DNA from: an uncultured Gammaproteobacteria bacterium | GTDB lineage: Bacteria > Patescibacteriota > Patescibacteriia > 2-01-FULL-39-33 | Length of the DNA: 64,000 nucleotides | Reading direction: 5' to 3' | NCBI GenBank assembly: GCA_964512625.1 | Contig: CAZEKG010000001.1 | Coordinates: 127,652 to 191,651, forward strand | Shown: positions 44,576 to 55,256 of the stretch, one piece after another | Numbering within the stretch: the first letter of the stretch is position 1 | Layout of the letters: every line of letters starts with the position of its first letter | The notes under the pieces: generated by a model | What the model was told of the DNA's origin: nothing | The model's input: only the letters and a program-made list of their open reading frames with translations | The model's database searches: none | Program-made: the position numbers and the translations under genes

Positions 44576-47188
44576 ATGAGCCAATTTTCAACCCAAATCC
44601 ATAAACTCTCCCTCGATTCCAAAGATGGCGTAATCGTGGGCGATGTTTTTTCAACTAAAACCGAGAAAGGCCTAACTGACCGGCTCGGCTATATTTTTGG
44701 CCTGATCGAATTAATAGATATGCCTGATCAATTCATTGACAGGTTTTTTGAAATCGTCGAGGACTTAAGAACAGAATACTATCTCCCGCCTTTTAACCTT
44801 GAAAACGGCTTAGAAAAAAGATTCGAAGAATGCCTTCTTCGGGCTAATCGGAGAATATATAAAGCCATCAACGAATCAATCGAAAAAATCGACCTGGAAA
44901 ATATCAACTGTATCCTCGGCCTAAACCATCGCAGTCAGCTTTTCCTAAGTCAGGCAGGAATCGGGCTCGGACTTCTTTTCCATTTAAAAAGCAAATACGA
45001 TTATTCCATTGTAGAAATTTTTGATAATCATAGCGACAAGAAGCATAAGCTTAATCAGGAAAGGCTTTTTTCCAATATCATCAGCGGCGGCATAAGCGAA
45101 AAAGATACTCTTTTCTTTTCCAATAACTCCATTACCAACTACCTTTCCAAAAAAGACCTATCGGAAATAATCCTGAAAGAACATCCCCAAGAAGCGCTCT
45201 TAATGATTGAGAAAAAGTTAAGGTTGGCCAATTCGGAAGAAGGCTTTTATGCTATTACTATCGACTCGAATCGAGAACAAAAAAACAGCCAACTGGAAAA
45301 AGAAAAAGCGGAAACCATTTATAACTCAAAAACAGAGCATTCTTTAAATAACCTAATCAAAACTCAAGAAAAAACAGAGCAATTCCTTAAGCCTTCTTTA
45401 ATGCCTAATTGGCAAAAAGCCATTGTCATCGCTCTCAGTTATCTTAAAAAGGGAGTTATCTTTATCAGCATTAAAGGCTATCAAGGACTTAAGATTGCCG
45501 GCGTAAAATCATGGGGCTTAATTAAGAATGTCCTGCCCGGCCATAAAGCTAAAACTATTCCCGAAGAAGTAAAAAAAGAAGACGATATAGATGAAATCGG
45601 TATCGAGGAATTCTTAGAAGAAATGCCCAATCGCCAGGCCAGCGAAATAACCGAAGCTAATTTAAATAATGTAGCTCCGGAATACCCAATTAGCGAATCA
45701 ATCGTCGAAGCGCCGGAAAATATTGTCGATCTAAAAGAAAATAACGCAGACATAATCGCCGAAGACGATGATGATATCTTTATCGCCAGTAAATACGAGG
45801 ATACTTCTTCCGAAATAATGAATAAGGAAGAGCCAGTAGCGGAAGAAGTAATGCTCAGCGAAGAAGAAAAAGAATTTCCGGTTGAAGAGCCAATAGCGGA
45901 AATAGAAATGATAAGAACCGAGGGGCCGAAATCCTTAAAGCAATCGCTATCTAATACCGATCAGAAAATCGTAATCAAGCTAAACCCTTTTAAATCAATA
46001 ATTTATTGGTTGGCTGGTGCGATAAATATTTTTAAAAACGGCGGACCGGCGAAAAACCTAAGCCTCCGACTCAATCAAGCAATTCAATCTTTTATTAATC
46101 TAAGGCGATCGCAGCAAGCAGTTCTGATTGTAATTTTTGTCCTGCTTTTCCTCTTCAGCCAAAGCGCCGTCTTAATTGGAAGAAGCCAAAGGTCCTCCAG
46201 CAATATAAATATCCCGGAAATCTCGAGCCAAATCCAAGAACTGCTTGATTCGGCGGAAGCAAAGAATGTTTATGCTGACGAAGCCGGCTCAAAGATAAAC
46301 CTCGACGAAGCTCAAGCCTTATTAGATACTATACCTGATAGCAAAAAATTCGCCTCAACTAAAGAAGAATTACAAAACAGGATCAATAGCATCAGCGAAT
46401 CAATCCAAAAAATAGTCAACATTGAGAATCCGCCGTTAGTGTATGACCTAGGGAAAAATAATCCCGATGTCCAACCAGCCGGCTTAGCCAGCATTAACAG
46501 TAATTTATTTACCGCCGATAAAATTACCGGCAACCTTTATCAACTTGATACCGTAAAAAAACAATTTAAAAAAATCGTCGGAAACGCCAAAGCGAAAAAA
46601 ATAGAGAATTGGAATGATAAGCAACTAATCATCTACGACGGACTGAAAAGCGTTTCCTTCTTCCTAATCGGTTCAAGCTCAACTCAACCGGCTCTAGCTT
46701 TAAGCGAGCCACTAAGCGACTTTGCCGTTTACAGCTCGCGCCTATACGCCCTCCTGCCGGGCAAGAAGCAAATCATGAAATACTCGCCAACAGGTAATAA
46801 ACTTAATTCCGGCGCCGTTTTTTATAAAGACCAAGCTATCCTAAAAGACGCCGTCTCTTTAGCTGTCGATATCGATTCCTACCTACTCCTTACTAATGGC
46901 GAGGTGGTTAAAATAGTTAAAAATGAAGTAGAAAGGCGATTCAATATTTCGGCCGGAAAGAAGCTAGGTATCAACTCCCAAATCCAAACCGAATCCGGCT
47001 CCAACTACCTATTTATTTTTGATCCGACCAATAAGAGAATCATCGTTACCGACCGCAAGGGATCAATCAAGCTCCAATTCGTCTCTCCCGCCCTCTCTAA
47101 TGCGACTGATTTTACCATCCAGGAAAAGCTTAAGAAAATCTTCTTCCTTTCGGATAATAAAGTCTATTCTCTCGATATAAAATTTTAA
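44576..47188 (+). CDS. large hypothetical bitopic membrane protein (870 aa)
   Basis: N-terminal globular ~250 aa, acidic low-complexity linker, single TM (AVLIVIFVLLFLFSQSAVLI), and a C-terminal ~330-aa probable extracytoplasmic domain. Confidence 0.55.
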   Translation: MSQFSTQIHKLSLDSKDGVIVGDVFSTKTEKGLTDRLGYIFGLIELIDMPDQFIDRFFEIVEDLRTEYYLPPFNLENGLEKRFEECLLRANRRIYKAINESIEKIDLENINCILGLNHRSQLFLSQAGIGLGLLFHLKSKYDYSIVEIFDNHSDKKHKLNQERLFSNIISGGISEKDTLFFSNNSITNYLSKKDLSEIILKEHPQEALLMIEKKLRLANSEEGFYAITIDSNREQKNSQLEKEKAETIYNSKTEHSLNNLIKTQEKTEQFLKPSLMPNWQKAIVIALSYLKKGVIFISIKGYQGLKIAGVKSWGLIKNVLPGHKAKTIPEEVKKEDDIDEIGIEEFLEEMPNRQASEITEANLNNVAPEYPISESIVEAPENIVDLKENNADIIAEDDDDIFIASKYEDTSSEIMNKEEPVAEEVMLSEEEKEFPVEEPIAEIEMIRTEGPKSLKQSLSNTDQKIVIKLNPFKSIIYWLAGAINIFKNGGPAKNLSLRLNQAIQSFINLRRSQQAVLIVIFVLLFLFSQSAVLIGRSQRSSSNINIPEISSQIQELLDSAEAKNVYADEAGSKINLDEAQALLDTIPDSKKFASTKEELQNRINSISESIQKIVNIENPPLVYDLGKNNPDVQPAGLASINSNLFTADKITGNLYQLDTVKKQFKKIVGNAKAKKIENWNDKQLIIYDGLKSVSFFLIGSSSTQPALALSEPLSDFAVYSSRLYALLPGKKQIMKYSPTGNKLNSGAVFYKDQAILKDAVSLAVDIDSYLLLTNGEVVKIVKNEVERRFNISAGKKLGINSQIQTESGSNYLFIFDPTNKRIIVTDRKGSIKLQFVSPALSNATDFTIQEKLKKIFFLSDNKVYSLDIKF

Positions 47189-47195
47189 TTCAAAC

Positions 47196-47228
47196 TAAAA
47201 ACTCCCGAGTTAAACGGGAGTTTTTAGT
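47196..47228. terminator. bidirectional terminator between the 870-aa gene and rplL
   Basis: AAAAACTCCCG-AGTTAAA-CGGGAGTTTTT. Confidence 0.7.
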
Positions 47229-47236
47229 TTGAAGAT

Positions 47237-47638
47237 TTATTTCAAAGTAACAGTAGCGCCAGCGGCTTCTAATTGCTTCTTAAGCTTTTCAGCTTCTTCT
47301 TTCTTTACAGCTTCTTTAACGATTTTTGGAACAGCATCAACTAAATCTTTAGCTTCTTTAAGGCCTAATTCAGTAATAGCTCTAACTTCTTTAATGACAG
47401 CGATCTTACTAGCGCCGGCAGAAGTGATTTCAATGTCAAAGCTGTCTTTTTCTTCAACAGCTTCAGCTGGAGCAGCAGCGGCAGAAACAGCAGCTACCGG
47501 AGCAGCAGCGCTAACACCGAACTTCTCTTCAAGAACTTTTACTAACTCTGATAAATCAAGAACGCTCAAGTTTTCGATTTGCTCCACAAGAGATTTAAAC
47601 TTCTCAGGAACAACTACATCTTTTTTTTCTTCTGACAT
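47237..47638 (-). CDS. rplL: 50S ribosomal protein L7/L12
   Basis: Ala-rich hinge and a conserved C-terminal domain ending GATVTLK. Confidence 0.95.
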   Translation of the reverse strand: MSEEKKDVVVPEKFKSLVEQIENLSVLDLSELVKVLEEKFGVSAAAPVAAVSAAAAPAEAVEEKDSFDIEITSAGASKIAVIKEVRAITELGLKEAKDLVDAVPKIVKEAVKKEEAEKLKKQLEAAGATVTLK

Positions 47639-47659
47639 AATTTTAAATTAATATTTTTA

Positions 47660-48184
47660 TTAAGACTTCTTTTCCTTAACGGAGTTAAGGACATAAACCA
47701 AACTTCTCAAGTTGCCTTGCATTACGCCGACCAATCCGGAGAGAGGCGCCGCCATGCTACCAACCATCTTAGCCAACAACTCTTGCTTGCTAGGAAGCTT
47801 AGAAAGAGAAAGGATCATTTTTTCATCAATCACTTTACCCTCTAAAATACCGCCGACAATCTTAAGTTTTTGCTGACCCTTAGCGAAACTGCTAGCCAAC
47901 TTAGCTGGAGTTATCTCATCGGTATAACCTAATATTACGCCGACTTCTCCGGTTATGCTTTCGTCGTCGCCTGCCTGGATGCCTTTTTCCAACAATACTT
48001 TCCTAAGTAAAGTCTTCTTAGCTACCATGTAAAGCGCGCCTTCGTCCTTGCAATTGTTTCTCAATTGGTCAATTTCCTTAACCGGAATACCGGAGAAATT
48101 AACAAAGACGCCTGACTTAACCGAACCGATTCTTTCCTGCAAAGTTCTTAGAATTTCGCCTTTTTGCACTTTGTTTTTAGGCAT
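47660..48184 (-). CDS. rplJ: 50S ribosomal protein L10
   Basis: L10 N-terminal domain; position upstream of rplL. Confidence 0.9.
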   Translation of the reverse strand: MPKNKVQKGEILRTLQERIGSVKSGVFVNFSGIPVKEIDQLRNNCKDEGALYMVAKKTLLRKVLLEKGIQAGDDESITGEVGVILGYTDEITPAKLASSFAKGQQKLKIVGGILEGKVIDEKMILSLSKLPSKQELLAKMVGSMAAPLSGLVGVMQGNLRSLVYVLNSVKEKKS

Positions 48185-48438
48185 ATTTCTATAGAATTAT
48201 TTAATCTAATTAACTTTTTAAAAAACAAAATCCGTGGTTATCCACAGACTTTAAAAGCCAAAAAACGAGTTTCTAGCTATTATTTTCCTCGATAGGCCGT
48301 TTTATGGGTTTAAGCTCTAATACCTTAATTTATGGTATTTTTAGGCCTTAAGGCCTATTTTTAGAGCACCTATTGTCTGTGGAATTAGGTTTTACTTCCT
48401 TATTATAGCAAAATTAGGCCTTTTGTCAATAATCGGCT
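48185..48438 (-). promoter_or_regulatory. probable L10 (rplJ) autoregulatory leader
   Basis: ~250-nt untranslated leader upstream of rplJ with complementary segments (CCACAGAC/GTCTGTGG, GGCCTTAAGGCC palindrome); position-based inference. Confidence 0.35.
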
Positions 48439-49437
48439 CTAATCGAGATACTTTGCGGTATTGGCCTGATGCTCTTGAAAAGTCTTGGCAAAATGAGTCA
48501 CGCCGTTTTTATCCATTAAAAAATAATAATAATCGTTCGCTTTCGGATAGATAACTGCCCTAATCGAGTCTAGGCCAGGATTACTAATAGGTGTCGGGGG
48601 CAAACCTGGATATTTATAAGTATTATATTTCGAGTCAACAGCTAAGTCGTTATAGCTTGGCCTTAACTCGCTCTTGCCGGTTACATAATTAACCGTAGCA
48701 TCGGATTGTAGCGCCATGTTTATTTTAAGTCGTTTTAAAAAGACATCGGCTACCATCGCTCTATTGTCGGCCGTCGCTTCCCTCTCAACTATCGAAGCTA
48801 GCGTCAAAGTTTTATAAAAACCGATGCCGGAATTATCCGCCTCCTCGCGAAGATCGAGAGTGAATTTATGATCGAAGTTATCAAGCATCTTAGTAATAAG
48901 GTCTTCGGGCTTAGCATCCTTGAATAAGCGGTAAGTATCCGGGAAAAGAAAACCTTCAAGATTGTCGCCTTTGACTTCGGAAAGAAAGTCGTATTTTCCG
49001 CGCCACTTCGAAACGACCGCGGCGGCCAAGAATTCTTTCGCCGTCATCACTCCTTGAGCCTCAAGATAACTAGCAATCTGACGATCTGTCCAGCCTTCGC
49101 GAATAATAACTGTTTTTTCCAAATCAGCATTCTTATTATCGGCTAAATAATCAATCAACGATATCAAGTCGAGATTTTTCTTAAGGGAAAATTGGCCGTA
49201 TGCTAATTTATCCGACTTATTATTTATTTTAGCAACTATCTTGAATAATAATTCGCTCCTAATCAGCCCGTCCGACTTAAGTTTATTAGCGATAGCGCTA
49301 GCTCCCTCCCCTTTTTCAATATTAATCATAACACCATCATTACTCTTGGAAACCGGGGAAATAAAATAAAAAAAACCGGCTGATAACAGCCCGATAAGCA
49401 AAATTGCTAAAAATAATATCAAAAATATTCTCTTCAT
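48439..49437 (-). CDS. mltG: endolytic murein transglycosylase MltG (YceG-like)
   Basis: N-terminal TM and YceG domain; 332 aa. Confidence 0.75.
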   Translation of the reverse strand: MKRIFLILFLAILLIGLLSAGFFYFISPVSKSNDGVMINIEKGEGASAIANKLKSDGLIRSELLFKIVAKINNKSDKLAYGQFSLKKNLDLISLIDYLADNKNADLEKTVIIREGWTDRQIASYLEAQGVMTAKEFLAAAVVSKWRGKYDFLSEVKGDNLEGFLFPDTYRLFKDAKPEDLITKMLDNFDHKFTLDLREEADNSGIGFYKTLTLASIVEREATADNRAMVADVFLKRLKINMALQSDATVNYVTGKSELRPSYNDLAVDSKYNTYKYPGLPPTPISNPGLDSIRAVIYPKANDYYYFLMDKNGVTHFAKTFQEHQANTAKYLD

Positions 49438-49518
49438 GAATTGATTATATCAAGCTTAGGAATTAAAGACAATAAGTGTTTTTTTATGATATAATTCAAA
49501 CAATCAATCTTAGATAAT

Positions 49519-50265
49519 ATGCTTAAATTCATAAAAAGAGTCATTCTTTTCCTAGTCCTGGCCGGCTTATTTTTTAAATTATCCGTTATTGCGGCAATCG
49601 CTTTCTTCCCTAGGGTCTCGCCCGCTAATTTAGATATAAATTCAAAAAAAATAGTGGAACTGGTAAATAATTATCGCCTAAACGCCGGCTTAAGCGCCTT
49701 AAAGACCAATCCCCGACTAACTCAAGCAGCGGCCAACAAAGGCAAAGATATCTTAAATCGCCAATATTTCAATCATACCTCCCCGGAGGGCAAGAAATTT
49801 TCCGACTGGATAAAAGAAGTGGACTACGAATACCTTTATGTCGGAGAAAACTTAGCGATTGATTTCCAAACCAACGAAGAAGCTTTTACTGCCTGGCTCA
49901 ACAGCCCGAAGCATCTCGAAAATATCATCAAGTCGCAATACCAGGAAACGGGAGTAGCGGTTGTCGAGGGGAAATTTAAAAACCGTCCAACGACGGTTAT
50001 TGTCCAACTCTTCGGAACTAGGGTTTTGGGCGTCAGTGATTTAGCCGACCAGATCGAATCATATGAATCAATTCCCGGGCTGGCCGAAAATTATTTTTCC
50101 AAGGAAACTTTAATGCAAAAAATACTGAACCCGCCGACTTTAAGCGCTCTTGATTCCTTTTCAACTCAATTCCTAATTATCGCCCTAACCTTATTCGTTT
50201 TTATTTACCGTCCCGATAAGAAAATAAACCAGATCAGCGCCAAACAGCCAATAATAAGCCGATAA
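49519..50265 (+). CDS. CAP (SCP/PR-1-like) domain secreted protein with C-terminal TM
   Basis: Signal/TM N-terminus; CAP motifs (HYTQVVW-like region, GENLA). Confidence 0.65.
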   Translation: MLKFIKRVILFLVLAGLFFKLSVIAAIAFFPRVSPANLDINSKKIVELVNNYRLNAGLSALKTNPRLTQAAANKGKDILNRQYFNHTSPEGKKFSDWIKEVDYEYLYVGENLAIDFQTNEEAFTAWLNSPKHLENIIKSQYQETGVAVVEGKFKNRPTTVIVQLFGTRVLGVSDLADQIESYESIPGLAENYFSKETLMQKILNPPTLSALDSFSTQFLIIALTLFVFIYRPDKKINQISAKQPIISR

Positions 50266-51023
50266 TAAGCAAAGACATTCAAAGAATGATTACTTACATA
50301 CTTTAAGAAATACTTGATGACGAAATAGCCGGAGATGAAAGAAGCGAAGAAGCCGAAAAAAAGAATCCAAGCGCTTTCTCCGGAAAAAGATATACCGTCT
50401 AAAATAGTCTTAACTGAAGCTCCGAAGATAACCGGCGCCGAAAGAAGAAAAGAAAACCTGGCCGCATCCTCCCTTTTTAATTTTCTCGCCATACCTGCTA
50501 TAATAGTAATGCCGGAGCGCGAGGTTCCCGGGAAAAAAGCTAGGATCTGAGAAAGGCCGATAATAAAAGCATCCATCTTCGACATTTGCTGGAGATCCTT
50601 AGACCTTGATGATCTCTTTTCAACGACTAAAAGAACAATCGCTACCAGGATCATCATCACCCCGACGACTAAGACCGATCTCAGCCTTGACTCGATGAAA
50701 TCCTGAAAAAAATAACCGGAAATGAAAGCCGGAATAGCCGAAATAATAATCAGCCAAGAAAGGCGCTGATTGAAATTATTAGTTAGATTCCAATTAGTTA
50801 AGCTGGAAAGAAAGCCGCGGATAACCTTCATAATATCGCGATAGAAAAAAATCAAGAGCGAGAAAAAAGTCCCTAAATGAAGCATAACATCGAAAGTAGC
50901 ACTGCTCTCAATATCGAAATTAAAAATCTGATGGAAAAGAATCAAGTGGCCGGAACTAGATACAGGTAAAAACTCGGTAACCCCCTGAATTACTCCCGCA
51001 ATAATCGAATAAATATATTCCAT
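50205..51023 (-). CDS. uppP: undecaprenyl-diphosphate phosphatase UppP/BacA
   Basis: LPVSSSGHLIL and GTSRSGITI conserved motifs; eight TM helices. Confidence 0.9.
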   Translation of the reverse strand: MEYIYSIIAGVIQGVTEFLPVSSSGHLILFHQIFNFDIESSATFDVMLHLGTFFSLLIFFYRDIMKVIRGFLSSLTNWNLTNNFNQRLSWLIIISAIPAFISGYFFQDFIESRLRSVLVVGVMMILVAIVLLVVEKRSSRSKDLQQMSKMDAFIIGLSQILAFFPGTSRSGITIIAGMARKLKREDAARFSFLLSAPVIFGASVKTILDGISFSGESAWILFFGFFASFISGYFVIKYFLKYVSNHSLNVFAYYRLIIGCLALIWFIFLSGR

Positions 51024-51028
51024 AAAAT

Positions 51029-51451
51029 ATGTATGAATTAATTATCATTCCTATCCTCGTCGCCTTTATGACTCAAATCATAAAGCTCACTATTGATGGT
51101 ATACCAAATAACCTTAATTGGCAACATCTCCTAAGTGATTACGGCGGCATGCCTTCGTCACATACGGCCTTTGTCAGTTCGCTCGTTACGGTTATTGCCC
51201 TAAGAGAAGGCTTCAATTCGGCGGCCTTTGCCATCGCTTTCATGCTGATGATTGTGGTAGTGCGAGACGCGGTCGGTTTCCGAAGAGAAATCGGAAAGAA
51301 CGCGGCTCTAACTAATCTTGTCGCTAAAGCAGTATTAAAGAAGGACTGCCCGCAATTAACCGAGCGAGTCGGCCATAAGCCGACGGAAGTCATCGCCGGC
51401 TTTTTAACCGGTTGTGTCCTATCTATTATTCTTTATTACATTTTTTACTAA
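51029..51451 (+). CDS. divergent PAP2 family membrane protein (YuiD/DUF212-like)
   Basis: PSSHTAF motif in a small 4-TM protein. Confidence 0.6.
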   Translation: MYELIIIPILVAFMTQIIKLTIDGIPNNLNWQHLLSDYGGMPSSHTAFVSSLVTVIALREGFNSAAFAIAFMLMIVVVRDAVGFRREIGKNAALTNLVAKAVLKKDCPQLTERVGHKPTEVIAGFLTGCVLSIILYYIFY

Positions 51452-51511
51452 AAACTAGGCAATCAAGCTAGAGAAAACGAAGTGATCAATCTTCGTTTTT
51501 TTTACCAAAGA

Positions 51512-52372
51512 TTATTTTTGGCAACTATCGCAAAAATGGGTTCCGCGACCATTAACTTTTATCCTTTTAATAACTCCGGCGCACCTCAGGCATTTTTTAT
51601 CTTTCCTTTGATAAACTTTTAAATACTTAACCATACTTCCCCTACTGCCATCAGTTAGGATATAAGTATTAGCCGAAGTTCCTTTTTTCAATACGGCAAA
51701 CTTAAGAATCCTAACAATACAGCGATGAAGCTTTTTCATTTCTTCTTTTTTTAAACTGCCGGAGATTCTCATTGGCAAAATGCCAGCACAAAAACAAGCC
51801 TCATCGCAATAAATATTACCAATGCCTGAAATAAGAGACTGATCGAGTAGGAGCTGTTTTATTTTTCTCTTCGGATATTTTTTTAAGATATCTATGAAAG
51901 CCTGATTGGTAAATTCTTTTGACAGCGGCTCTAAGCCGTATTTACTTGCAGCTTTTTCCATCTCCGTCTTACTCACTAATCTAATCCAGCCAAAACGCCT
52001 GATATCGTTAAAAAAAAGCTTGCTGCCATCTTTAAAATCGAAGATAACATGAGAAAACTTATTAGGCAATTGGCCGATGTTTCCGATCGGATGCCCGCCG
52101 GAGACCGCCTTACCTTTTTTACCGATAAAAACGAATTGACCCGTCATTTTAAGATGAGAAAGTAAATAATCGCCACCGGAAAGATGGAAAATTATCATCT
52201 TAGCTCGACGCCGGACGGAAATTATTTTCTTGCCCTGAAGCTTTTTAGAAAACTCTTCCGGACCGGGGTCAGTAATCTTCGCCGCCCGGACTTCGACAGC
52301 CTTAATCGCCTTATTCTTCGTTTTAAGATTCAATTCTGAAACTATTGTTTCGACTTCTGGAAGTTCCGGCAT
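51512..52372 (-). CDS. mutM: formamidopyrimidine-DNA glycosylase (Fpg/MutM)
   Basis: N-terminal PELPEVE catalytic start; C-terminal zinc finger CxxC...CxxC. Confidence 0.9.
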   Translation of the reverse strand: MPELPEVETIVSELNLKTKNKAIKAVEVRAAKITDPGPEEFSKKLQGKKIISVRRRAKMIIFHLSGGDYLLSHLKMTGQFVFIGKKGKAVSGGHPIGNIGQLPNKFSHVIFDFKDGSKLFFNDIRRFGWIRLVSKTEMEKAASKYGLEPLSKEFTNQAFIDILKKYPKRKIKQLLLDQSLISGIGNIYCDEACFCAGILPMRISGSLKKEEMKKLHRCIVRILKFAVLKKGTSANTYILTDGSRGSMVKYLKVYQRKDKKCLRCAGVIKRIKVNGRGTHFCDSCQK

Positions 52373-52373
52373 A

Positions 52374-53849
52374 TTATTTTTTTATTTTCGTATAAACATA
52401 ATAGGATTCCATCGAATGACTAACTCCGAAATAATCATGCTCGCAAGCATGGATCAACTCGTAATTATTTAAATATTGAGCCTCTAAAGGCTGATTCAAG
52501 ACTAAAAGATAATCCTCCTTAAAGCCGGATTTTTCCGTTTCAGTCATTAATCGGTTTTGGGGAGATTTATAAAGAGTCTTGCCTTGCCTATCCCAAGTCA
52601 CGTAAGTTCCAAAATCTTTGTATTCTACGCGCCAATTCCTAGCATCGGGTAAATAGGCTAAAACGGGAGTTATTTCATAAAAAGGATAGGCGATAATATT
52701 GCTGTTGCTATGATTAGCCCTTAGGTAATCACTAACTTCAAGAGAACAGGAAAATTTATACTTATAATCGCTATATAGAATATTAACTCCTGAAAAAACC
52801 GGATAAATCAGAAAAATCACCATCACAATATTAATAGCAGTACGCCATCTTACTAACTTTTTATCGCTCTCGCCATCCGGATAAGCCAGCCAATAGCAAA
52901 AAAGAGTTAACATCAAGATTAAAGCGTGATGCCTTATTGAGCCACTATGCCTAAAAACAAAAATATACATCAGCCAGCAAAAAGACAAAAACGAGAAAAC
53001 AAAAATCTTCTTAGACCTGATAAAAAAGAACCAAGCCATGAAATAAAAGAAAGCGATCGGAATCAAGGCGAGATAAACCCAATAAGATTTCGCGTCTAAT
53101 TTCAAAAAAAATAAATTATAAAAAGGAAAAATCTCAATATTCTTAAAATACTCTTGAGCGCCGGCATAAAAATTATCTCCAGCCGGAAATAGCTGATATA
53201 AAGAAATAAGATAGCCGGCGCCCAAAAGAAGAGAAATGGCTACAATCTTTTTCATTTCAATTTTCCTAAGCCGTAAATCATAAATGAACCAAGCGCCAAG
53301 GACAATAGCCGGCAAATAAAAATGAACAATGGTATTGCTTAAAAGGAATATGAAAATAGCATACAAGAAAGGCCGGTCAAATCTTTTTTTATACATGGCG
53401 GCCAAAGAGAATAAGATCAAAACCGCCAGCATATAGCTTCGCGCGATAACCGGATATTCATAAATGAAATAATAAGAAAAAATTACCGCCAACTTAAGAG
53501 GCCTCGGCCAAGGAGAAAAAAATAAGATTAGTCCCGCCGCCACTAAGGAAAATAGGCCGTTTAAAAGCTGCATTGAGAAAATCGGCAACCCGAAATGAGC
53601 CAAAGGATAATTAAATAAATGCCAAAGAGCCGGCGAGCCCTCATAATGCATTTGATTCAATATCTGGAGTGGATTAAGGTCCCTGGCAATCAGCCAAGCC
53701 TGCGCTTCGTCCCGCCAAACTTCGTGATGGAAAATCCCGATAAATATCAAAACTGCGTAAAGAACCAAAGCCAAAAATTCCAGCCAATACTTTTTTAATA
53801 TTATTACGCCAGCTTTACTAACCGTTATATTCTTCATCAGCATTAACAT
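52374..53849 (-). CDS. polytopic membrane protein, putative GT-C fold glycosyltransferase (ArnT/PMT-like)
   Basis: About 11 TM helices. Conserved acidic pair (WRDE) in the first extracytoplasmic loop, as in GT-C enzymes. Confidence 0.4.
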   Translation of the reverse strand: MLMLMKNITVSKAGVIILKKYWLEFLALVLYAVLIFIGIFHHEVWRDEAQAWLIARDLNPLQILNQMHYEGSPALWHLFNYPLAHFGLPIFSMQLLNGLFSLVAAGLILFFSPWPRPLKLAVIFSYYFIYEYPVIARSYMLAVLILFSLAAMYKKRFDRPFLYAIFIFLLSNTIVHFYLPAIVLGAWFIYDLRLRKIEMKKIVAISLLLGAGYLISLYQLFPAGDNFYAGAQEYFKNIEIFPFYNLFFLKLDAKSYWVYLALIPIAFFYFMAWFFFIRSKKIFVFSFLSFCWLMYIFVFRHSGSIRHHALILMLTLFCYWLAYPDGESDKKLVRWRTAINIVMVIFLIYPVFSGVNILYSDYKYKFSCSLEVSDYLRANHSNSNIIAYPFYEITPVLAYLPDARNWRVEYKDFGTYVTWDRQGKTLYKSPQNRLMTETEKSGFKEDYLLVLNQPLEAQYLNNYELIHACEHDYFGVSHSMESYYVYTKIKK

Positions 53850-55236
53850 TTAAGACATTATAATCGCCACCCATGATATTCCTGGCAGCATAAAGGCCGG
53901 TTAAAATAGAATGATCCATATTATTATAGCGATATAAGCCGCTCCGGCCGATCAGCTGAAAATTCTTAAACTGCGATAAATAAAGAAAGATATCCTCGAG
54001 GTCTTTTTTATAATCAAGATGATAAACCGGATAAGCGTATTTATTCCTTATCACTAGCCCGCCTTCGATAAGTCGGCTATCAACTAAGCCGATTCGCGAC
54101 AACTCTTCTTTCGCCAAATCGATCAGCTCGGAATCAGATTGCGACCACAGCTCATCGCCCTCCCAGCAGGCATACTCGACGCCAATATTGGTTTTATCCT
54201 CATCAGGCGACATGAACGGGCTCCAATTAGTAAAGTTTTGAACTCTAATAGCCTTAACTCCGGGATCCTGGACATAAATCCAATTATCGGGAAAAACTTC
54301 CTTCTTATTAACGATTAAACAAACATCAAAAAAAGCTCGGAAGCGCAAATTCTTAGCAACTTTTACAACCTCTTCCGGAGGTCTCGGCGATAATGATTCC
54401 AACAGCTTATTAAGAGGAATGGATGAGATGTAATAATCAGCTGAGACCTCGGTTTCCTTACCGCTAGTATTAGCGACAATGACTTTATCGATTGAACTAT
54501 TATTGTGTACGATGCTTTTTATTTTCTGATTGAGATTTATCTTGCCTCCCTGATTCTCGATCAGTCGTCCCATTTTTTCATACAGCATGCCCGGACCATA
54601 CTTAGGATAATTAAACTTATCAATCCAGCTTTTTACTTGGCCGGATCGCTTGTTTATCGCCAAGCTTTTTAAGACATTCAATAAGGATATGCCTTTCATT
54701 CTTTGAGCCGCCCAATCAGCTCCCAGCTCTTTTACTGAAACGCCCCAAAGCTTCTCTGTATAGCTCTTAAAAAAATGGTTGAACAACCTCGAGCCGAATC
54801 TCTTAATAACCCAATCCTCAAAGCTCTTCTCCTCTTTTTTATAAAATAAACCGATTAGCCGAACTCTTAAAAGGCTTAAAAAAATCAAAAGTCCTTCTAC
54901 TACTCCTAATTGCCTTAAAACATCAAGCAGTTTTATCGGGTAATGGAAAAATTTCTTGCGATAATAAATCCTCGACAGCCTATTTCTAACTAAAAAATCC
55001 TCCCCCATTATCTCATTCCAAATCCTATTAACTTCCTCAACTTTAGTAAAAAAACGATGGCCTCCTAAATCATACTTAAAGCCGTCGCAAGAATGAGTCG
55101 CGCACAACCCGCCAATTTTTTCTTCGGCCTCGAAAAATTCAACCGCATAGTCTGATTTAATAAGCTCCCAACCAGCCGCTAAACCCGAAGGTCCGGCGCC
55201 CATTATAATAACCGCTTTTTTTATTCTTCCTTCCAC
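53818..55236 (-). CDS. FAD-dependent UDP-galactopyranose mutase-like protein
   Basis: GAGPSGLAAG dinucleotide site, EKLWG motif, and C-terminal GRSGLYRYNNMD resembling the UGM signature GRLGTYRYLDMD. Confidence 0.55.
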   Translation of the reverse strand: MEGRIKKAVIIMGAGPSGLAAGWELIKSDYAVEFFEAEEKIGGLCATHSCDGFKYDLGGHRFFTKVEEVNRIWNEIMGEDFLVRNRLSRIYYRKKFFHYPIKLLDVLRQLGVVEGLLIFLSLLRVRLIGLFYKKEEKSFEDWVIKRFGSRLFNHFFKSYTEKLWGVSVKELGADWAAQRMKGISLLNVLKSLAINKRSGQVKSWIDKFNYPKYGPGMLYEKMGRLIENQGGKINLNQKIKSIVHNNSSIDKVIVANTSGKETEVSADYYISSIPLNKLLESLSPRPPEEVVKVAKNLRFRAFFDVCLIVNKKEVFPDNWIYVQDPGVKAIRVQNFTNWSPFMSPDEDKTNIGVEYACWEGDELWSQSDSELIDLAKEELSRIGLVDSRLIEGGLVIRNKYAYPVYHLDYKKDLEDIFLYLSQFKNFQLIGRSGLYRYNNMDHSILTGLYAARNIMGGDYNVLNVNADEEYNG

Positions 55237-55256
55237 TAGATTTTTGCTTTATTTAT

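Noticed and set aside
44271-44654. Short ORFs overlapping the 3' end of the wHTH regulator and the 5' end of the 870-aa gene
   Set aside because: No RBS and low-complexity products. They lie in the divergent promoter region.
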